Origin: Candidatus Latescibacterota bacterium
GTDB lineage: Bacteria; Latescibacterota; CBDEFO01
Assembly: GCA_965248755.1 (NCBI GenBank)
Contig: OZ252149.1
Location: 736,001 to 800,000, forward strand
DNA: 64,000 nucleotides
Reading direction: 5' to 3'
Shown here: positions 59,694-64,000 of the stretch, piece after piece
Numbering within the stretch: position 1 is the first letter of the stretch
Layout of the letters: every line of letters begins with the position of its first letter
Translations under genes and position numbers: made by a program
The notes under the pieces: model-generated
What the model saw: only the letters and a program-made list of their open reading frames with translations
What the model was told of the DNA's origin: nothing
The model's database searches: none

Positions 59694-60605
59694 TTAGCCC
59701 TGGCTGCATCTGCAGAACCATCCCTCTTCTCCCTTAAATATCCTGTGACCGCAGGCGGTGCAGTGTACGGCCGTCCCGCTGTACTCTCCATTTCTGGCGC
59801 CGTTTAAGAGCGTTCGCACTTCTTTTTGCATCCACTTCAGATCTCTCTCACTTCCCCAGGGCGCCGACTCAATCGTTATGGGGTCGCCAAAATCCATCGT
59901 GTCCAGACAATCTACGAAATCCGCCCAGTTGATGGTCCCGTAGGGTGGCTGGAGGTGCATATCTTTCATGCCGTCGTTATCGTGAATATGAAACGTAATT
60001 ATCTTGTCTTTCAAGATCTCCATAGTTCCCCTCATATCCCCATTTACGTGGGCATGACCCGTATCGAAGCAGACACCCAGCCACTCAGAACCGATGTCCT
60101 CCACCACACCCAAGATTTCCCTTCCATCTGCACCTGGATGCTTGGGGAGCATGTTCTCCAGGGCTATCTTGACCCCTTCAGACTGTGCTACAGGCACCAG
60201 CTCGGACAGACTCTCCCTGATAAGGGAATGCATAGTCGGAATATCTTCGTCCTTCTCAACACTAGACCCCGGATGCACGACGATCATCTCCACGCCCGCT
60301 AAAGAAACATTCCTCAACAGTCTCTTGTGGACATCTAGAGCCTCTTTCCTCTGACCTTTATCTAAAGCGGAAAGATTCTCCCTCTCCCCGAAGGGAGCGT
60401 GGACAGACCGCAAAGCTATGCCGCTTTCCCTGAATGCCGCCCCGGTATCCTTCAGCTTTTGATCGCTCGAATTCAAGTAGAATATAAAACCCGTCTCTGT
60501 GGTCTCCACTTCGTTGGCCAGCAGTATAGGCAAACCGGTATCTATCTGTTCGTAACTGCCAGTCGTAATCGCCAGAAAGTTCCCTATTATTGTCGCTACC
60601 CTCAT
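59694..60605 (-). CDS. Sugar phosphate isomerase/epimerase with C-terminal Cys cluster
   Basis: SVHAPF, VVHPG, ALENM, FDTGHAH, HIHDNDG..D.H; CTAC...CRC tail. Confidence 0.88.
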   Translation of the reverse strand: MRVATIIGNFLAITTGSYEQIDTGLPILLANEVETTETGFIFYLNSSDQKLKDTGAAFRESGIALRSVHAPFGERENLSALDKGQRKEALDVHKRLLRNVSLAGVEMIVVHPGSSVEKDEDIPTMHSLIRESLSELVPVAQSEGVKIALENMLPKHPGADGREILGVVEDIGSEWLGVCFDTGHAHVNGDMRGTMEILKDKIITFHIHDNDGMKDMHLQPPYGTINWADFVDCLDTMDFGDPITIESAPWGSERDLKWMQKEVRTLLNGARNGEYSGTAVHCTACGHRIFKGEEGWFCRCSQG

Positions 60606-60934
60606 ATTTATTGTAACCTTTCTATATCTTGACGGGGATATCGAAGAAGTTTTTGGGGGAAAATTGTGAACTATCCATAGAGGGCACCTGTAAAACGATA
60701 CAAAGACATGAAAAACACACTTCGGTGTAAAGTATTTTTGAAGGGAAGAAGGGCTGATAGACTTTCACAAACCCATTGACAACTGGTGTTTCAAAAGTTT
60801 ATTATTATACGTGTGCTATACCTTATGAATATATTAAAAAAGGTCGTGTAGTCAATACCTAATTCTATTTTTTTCAAAGTGATCTTTTGATTAGCTGACC
60901 CTTTGTTTATATTTACATTAGGAGGTGGTTTCAA

Positions 60935-62719
60935 GTGAGTGTATCCGATCCCACAGATGGCAGAGATACGATCTTCCACCGTCTGTGTTCAATAGATGAG
61001 ATGCCTGAAGGCGATATAAAAGCTTTCACGGTTAACGGTGTCCATCTTGCGGTCTTCCGCTACAACGCGGAGTTCTTCGCTGTGGACAACCGCTGTCCTC
61101 ACATGGGGTATCCCCTTTCGAAAGGGAGCGTCAAAGACGGAATATTGATCTGTCACTGGCATCACTGGCAGTTTGACCTGCGCACCGGAGGATGCTTCTT
61201 GGGAGGTGGTGACGATGTCAAGTCCTTTCCGATGGAGGTTTCTGATAGCAAGCTCTACGTCGGTCTGGCTAAAGATGAGAGCGAAGACACCCGGCGACGG
61301 ATGATAGAAAGGGGCCAAAAGGCGCTGCAACAGGGGTTGAAGGACGCCAGTTCGTTCCTGATGGCCAAGGCGATTACTGCCTTGAGGACCTCCGGAGCGG
61401 ATATTAAGGACATTGTGCAACAGGGATTCTACTACGGTGCCACCAGGACGAATGAGGGATGGTCGTCAGGTGTGACGATTCTGACCATAGCGGCGAACCT
61501 GTGGGACGATGTGGATCTCAACGATCATAATCTCTTTTTGGTGCACGGTCTTACGCAGGTCGGGAGGAGGACGGCGGGACGGTCGAATCGCAGGAGGCGT
61601 TTTCCATTCCCCGGGGATGCGGTTCACGATTTAGGTACCCTGAAGCGCTGGTTCAGGAGATTCGTCGAGCAGAGAGATACATCCGGAGCGGAACGGATTC
61701 TAATGACGCTCTGCGACAGGGGACATTCCAAAGAGACCATCGCCGACTTCATCTTCACGACAGCGACCGACTATTACTTCACCGGAGACGGCCACGCCCT
61801 CGACTTCGGCAATAAGACTCTGGAGGCGCTGGACTTCATAGATTGGGAGGGCGCAGTTGAGATACTTCGTCCGATCGTGGTAGATCTGGTCTCAAGGACA
61901 AGGCACGAGGAAACCTCGCTCTGGGCGGACACCGTCCCTGTCCTGGAGGATGTCTTCTCGCGTCTGGACGAAATATGGGAGGAGAACCAGTCGCGCGAAT
62001 CATCGTTGGACATTTCAGAGTTTGCCCATACGCTTCTGGGAGATGACTTCGGGGACGTGGTAAGGGCAGTTGAGGAGAAGCTGAGACAGGGCGTCTCCCC
62101 TACCGATCTCTGCCGAGCTATGACCTACGCAGGGGCGATAAGGACTGTAAGATTCCATCTTAAGAACGAGGGCGACTGGCACGATGTGGCGAATCTCTAT
62201 TCTTACGCCCACGCCCTGTATTGTGCCTTCAAGATCGCGCCCAGCAAAGAACTCCTTCGCGGGATCTTCCACGGAGCGGTATTTACCACGCTCATACGTT
62301 GGCTGAACATGCCCTCTGCCCGCGTTCCGAAGCCGGAAGACGGTCTGGACGAACCCTTTAGGGGTCCGGAGGACATGTTGGATCGTCTCGGGGAATTGGC
62401 GGACTTCCAGAAGGTCTATGAGTCGGAGCTTCTGGTCAACCGCTATCTGAACGAAGGTCACGACATATCCCATCTTAGAAAGACCCTCGCTCATATCCTG
62501 CTTAGGGAGGATGCCGAGCTGCACATGTTTCAGGTGTTGGAGGTGGCGTTTCGGCATTACGATCTATCGGATGATCCGGAGGAGAAGCGGATTCATCTTC
62601 TGGCTGCGACCAGGTATATAACGGCGCAGAAGGTGATGAAGGGGATACTCTGGTCAACGGAGAATGCGGAGCGGCTTCAAAGGGGTGAGCTGTTGAGCGA
62701 GCGTGAGGATGATGATTAG
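60935..62719 (+). CDS. Rieske [2Fe-2S] domain fused to a large helical domain of unknown function
   Basis: CPH...CHWH Rieske ligands; AGGAGGT RBS; upstream TTGACA at 60776. Confidence 0.88.
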   Translation: MSVSDPTDGRDTIFHRLCSIDEMPEGDIKAFTVNGVHLAVFRYNAEFFAVDNRCPHMGYPLSKGSVKDGILICHWHHWQFDLRTGGCFLGGGDDVKSFPMEVSDSKLYVGLAKDESEDTRRRMIERGQKALQQGLKDASSFLMAKAITALRTSGADIKDIVQQGFYYGATRTNEGWSSGVTILTIAANLWDDVDLNDHNLFLVHGLTQVGRRTAGRSNRRRRFPFPGDAVHDLGTLKRWFRRFVEQRDTSGAERILMTLCDRGHSKETIADFIFTTATDYYFTGDGHALDFGNKTLEALDFIDWEGAVEILRPIVVDLVSRTRHEETSLWADTVPVLEDVFSRLDEIWEENQSRESSLDISEFAHTLLGDDFGDVVRAVEEKLRQGVSPTDLCRAMTYAGAIRTVRFHLKNEGDWHDVANLYSYAHALYCAFKIAPSKELLRGIFHGAVFTTLIRWLNMPSARVPKPEDGLDEPFRGPEDMLDRLGELADFQKVYESELLVNRYLNEGHDISHLRKTLAHILLREDAELHMFQVLEVAFRHYDLSDDPEEKRIHLLAATRYITAQKVMKGILWSTENAERLQRGELLSEREDDD

Positions 62720-62766
62720 GAGGTAGTTTTGTTACAAGTTTTTGGGATCTGGTACACAAACGCCGA

Positions 62767-63609
62767 TTATTCTGACTCAAACTTCGGGTAAGCAAATAAG
62801 TACGGTCCATACCATAGACGGCCGTAGGCTTCTTGCATTAATTTATAGACATTACCTCTAATTGTTTCTACTTCCTGGTCAGTGAGAGTAAAGTGCCTTT
62901 TTTCTTCAAATGAGCGATCAGGTTGGGATGTTAGAACTTTTATCATTAGACTGTATTCTCCTGCTTCCCAGTAACACATACGTTCCAAACGTTTATAGGA
63001 GTCTGCGTACACATCAGTTTTCCCAAAATTTTCATACTCTTCATTAATAGCCTGCTGTAATTCTTGCGACACTGAAGGTGTTTGGTACGTAGCTTGTTGT
63101 AATAGTTCATCTGATAATAGTCCCGCCCTTTGCAATTTATCTCCTATTTTGGACCTTTCTTTGGACCACGCCTCACTTACTTTGTTAGTGAGTTGCCGCA
63201 TTTCGGATTGCACCTGAATGTCGCGGAATTGGATGTGCAATTGTAGAGGCAAGGAAGGCGTTACCAAGAAGCTATGAGCAAATTCATATGTAGTCTGACT
63301 CTCTGCACCAAGTGTCATTTTTGTCTCTAGGAACGCACTCCACTCAAACTTGTGTTTTAGTGAATCTTTCTTTCTAACGAGCTCCAAATCTATAGACTTA
63401 ACAAATAAATCCTGGTTTACACATCTTAGTGTGAATCTCAGTCCAATCAAAGGCCCATTGTCACTATAGCCGATTTCTAAGTGTTCGATCGGATGTATGT
63501 CAATTTTGCCATTTCTAAAGAATCGTTTCCACATGATTGGTATCCAAAATTGAACTACAGCAATTAAAGCTAAGATAAATGCCCCGTAGCTTTTAAGGGA
63601 ATCTGCCAA
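62767..63609 (-). CDS. Hypothetical protein with N-terminal TM segment, low GC
   Basis: 280-aa ORF with AGGAGGT RBS and TTG start. Confidence 0.75.
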   Translation of the reverse strand: MADSLKSYGAFILALIAVVQFWIPIMWKRFFRNGKIDIHPIEHLEIGYSDNGPLIGLRFTLRCVNQDLFVKSIDLELVRKKDSLKHKFEWSAFLETKMTLGAESQTTYEFAHSFLVTPSLPLQLHIQFRDIQVQSEMRQLTNKVSEAWSKERSKIGDKLQRAGLLSDELLQQATYQTPSVSQELQQAINEEYENFGKTDVYADSYKRLERMCYWEAGEYSLMIKVLTSQPDRSFEEKRHFTLTDQEVETIRGNVYKLMQEAYGRLWYGPYLFAYPKFESE

Positions 63610-63681
63610 TTTTCACCTCCTTTTCGTCAAACTTTTCCCGGATTACCGCTCCCCCAATACATTGTTAGACGAACAAACCTT

Positions 63682-64000
63682 TTACAAGCTTTGTGCCAAG
63701 GAAAGAAGCTTGCTGAGAAACTGGCGAAGATTGTCATCTACAAACTGGAATAATTCACGTAATTCGCTTTGGGATAGTCCGATTCCTCCAGCGATAGTAA
63801 ATAAAACTCCTATGAGTGTTTGCAGCCAATTTAGACGGCCCTGGTGCCGTATAGTTTCCTTTAGATAATCAAACCGTTCTCTCACAAGTTCTGTATGTTC
63901 TTTTGATACGTTCTGTGTGGTGATCAAGTGTTTTTCAATTTTATCTAAGCGAGCAGAGATGTCTTCTTGTTCCTCCGAGGTAAATGGTGTCTTAGGGATA
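63682..64000 (-). CDS. Hypothetical protein, 5' end outside the window
   Basis: Frame open from the window edge (IPKTPFTSEEQ...) to TAA at 63682. Confidence 0.7.
   Translation of the reverse strand, partial: IPKTPFTSEEQEDISARLDKIEKHLITTQNVSKEHTELVRERFDYLKETIRHQGRLNWLQTLIGVLFTIAGGIGLSQSELRELFQFVDDNLRQFLSKLLSLAQSL

Overview
Bacterial chromosomal window of about 50% GC with lower-GC patches. The gene repertoire (six PhyH dioxygenases, DUF187-like TIM barrels, DUF4159, DUF2723) resembles heterotrophic candidate phyla such as Latescibacteria or Poribacteria; this assignment is inference only. Housekeeping anchors are rpsT, lon, an rnhB-YraN fusion, cutA and tRNA-Pro(CGG). They surround a roughly 15-kb co-directional catabolic gene run (29.9-44.8 kb), several recent tandem duplications and many pseudogene fragments. 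Mobile DNA comprises an IS1380 in a sigma54 activator, two inverted IS481-like copies with a split 14-bp flank, and an IS3 mini-composite inside an ANT(4')-like gene. The strongest unexplained signals are non-coding. (1) A ~460-nt minus-strand leader (57121->56660) has its own promoter, a closed multibranch domain, four consecutive predicted pseudoknots and an RBS-sequestering alternative helix, and precedes a SAF-domain oxidoreductase. (2) Two families of very small dispersed repeats (a 21-nt palindrome and a ~40-50-nt element) nest in other repeats and sit in frame inside genes. No CRISPR array or rRNA was seen. All calls come from reading the sequence by eye, without database searches or folding software.
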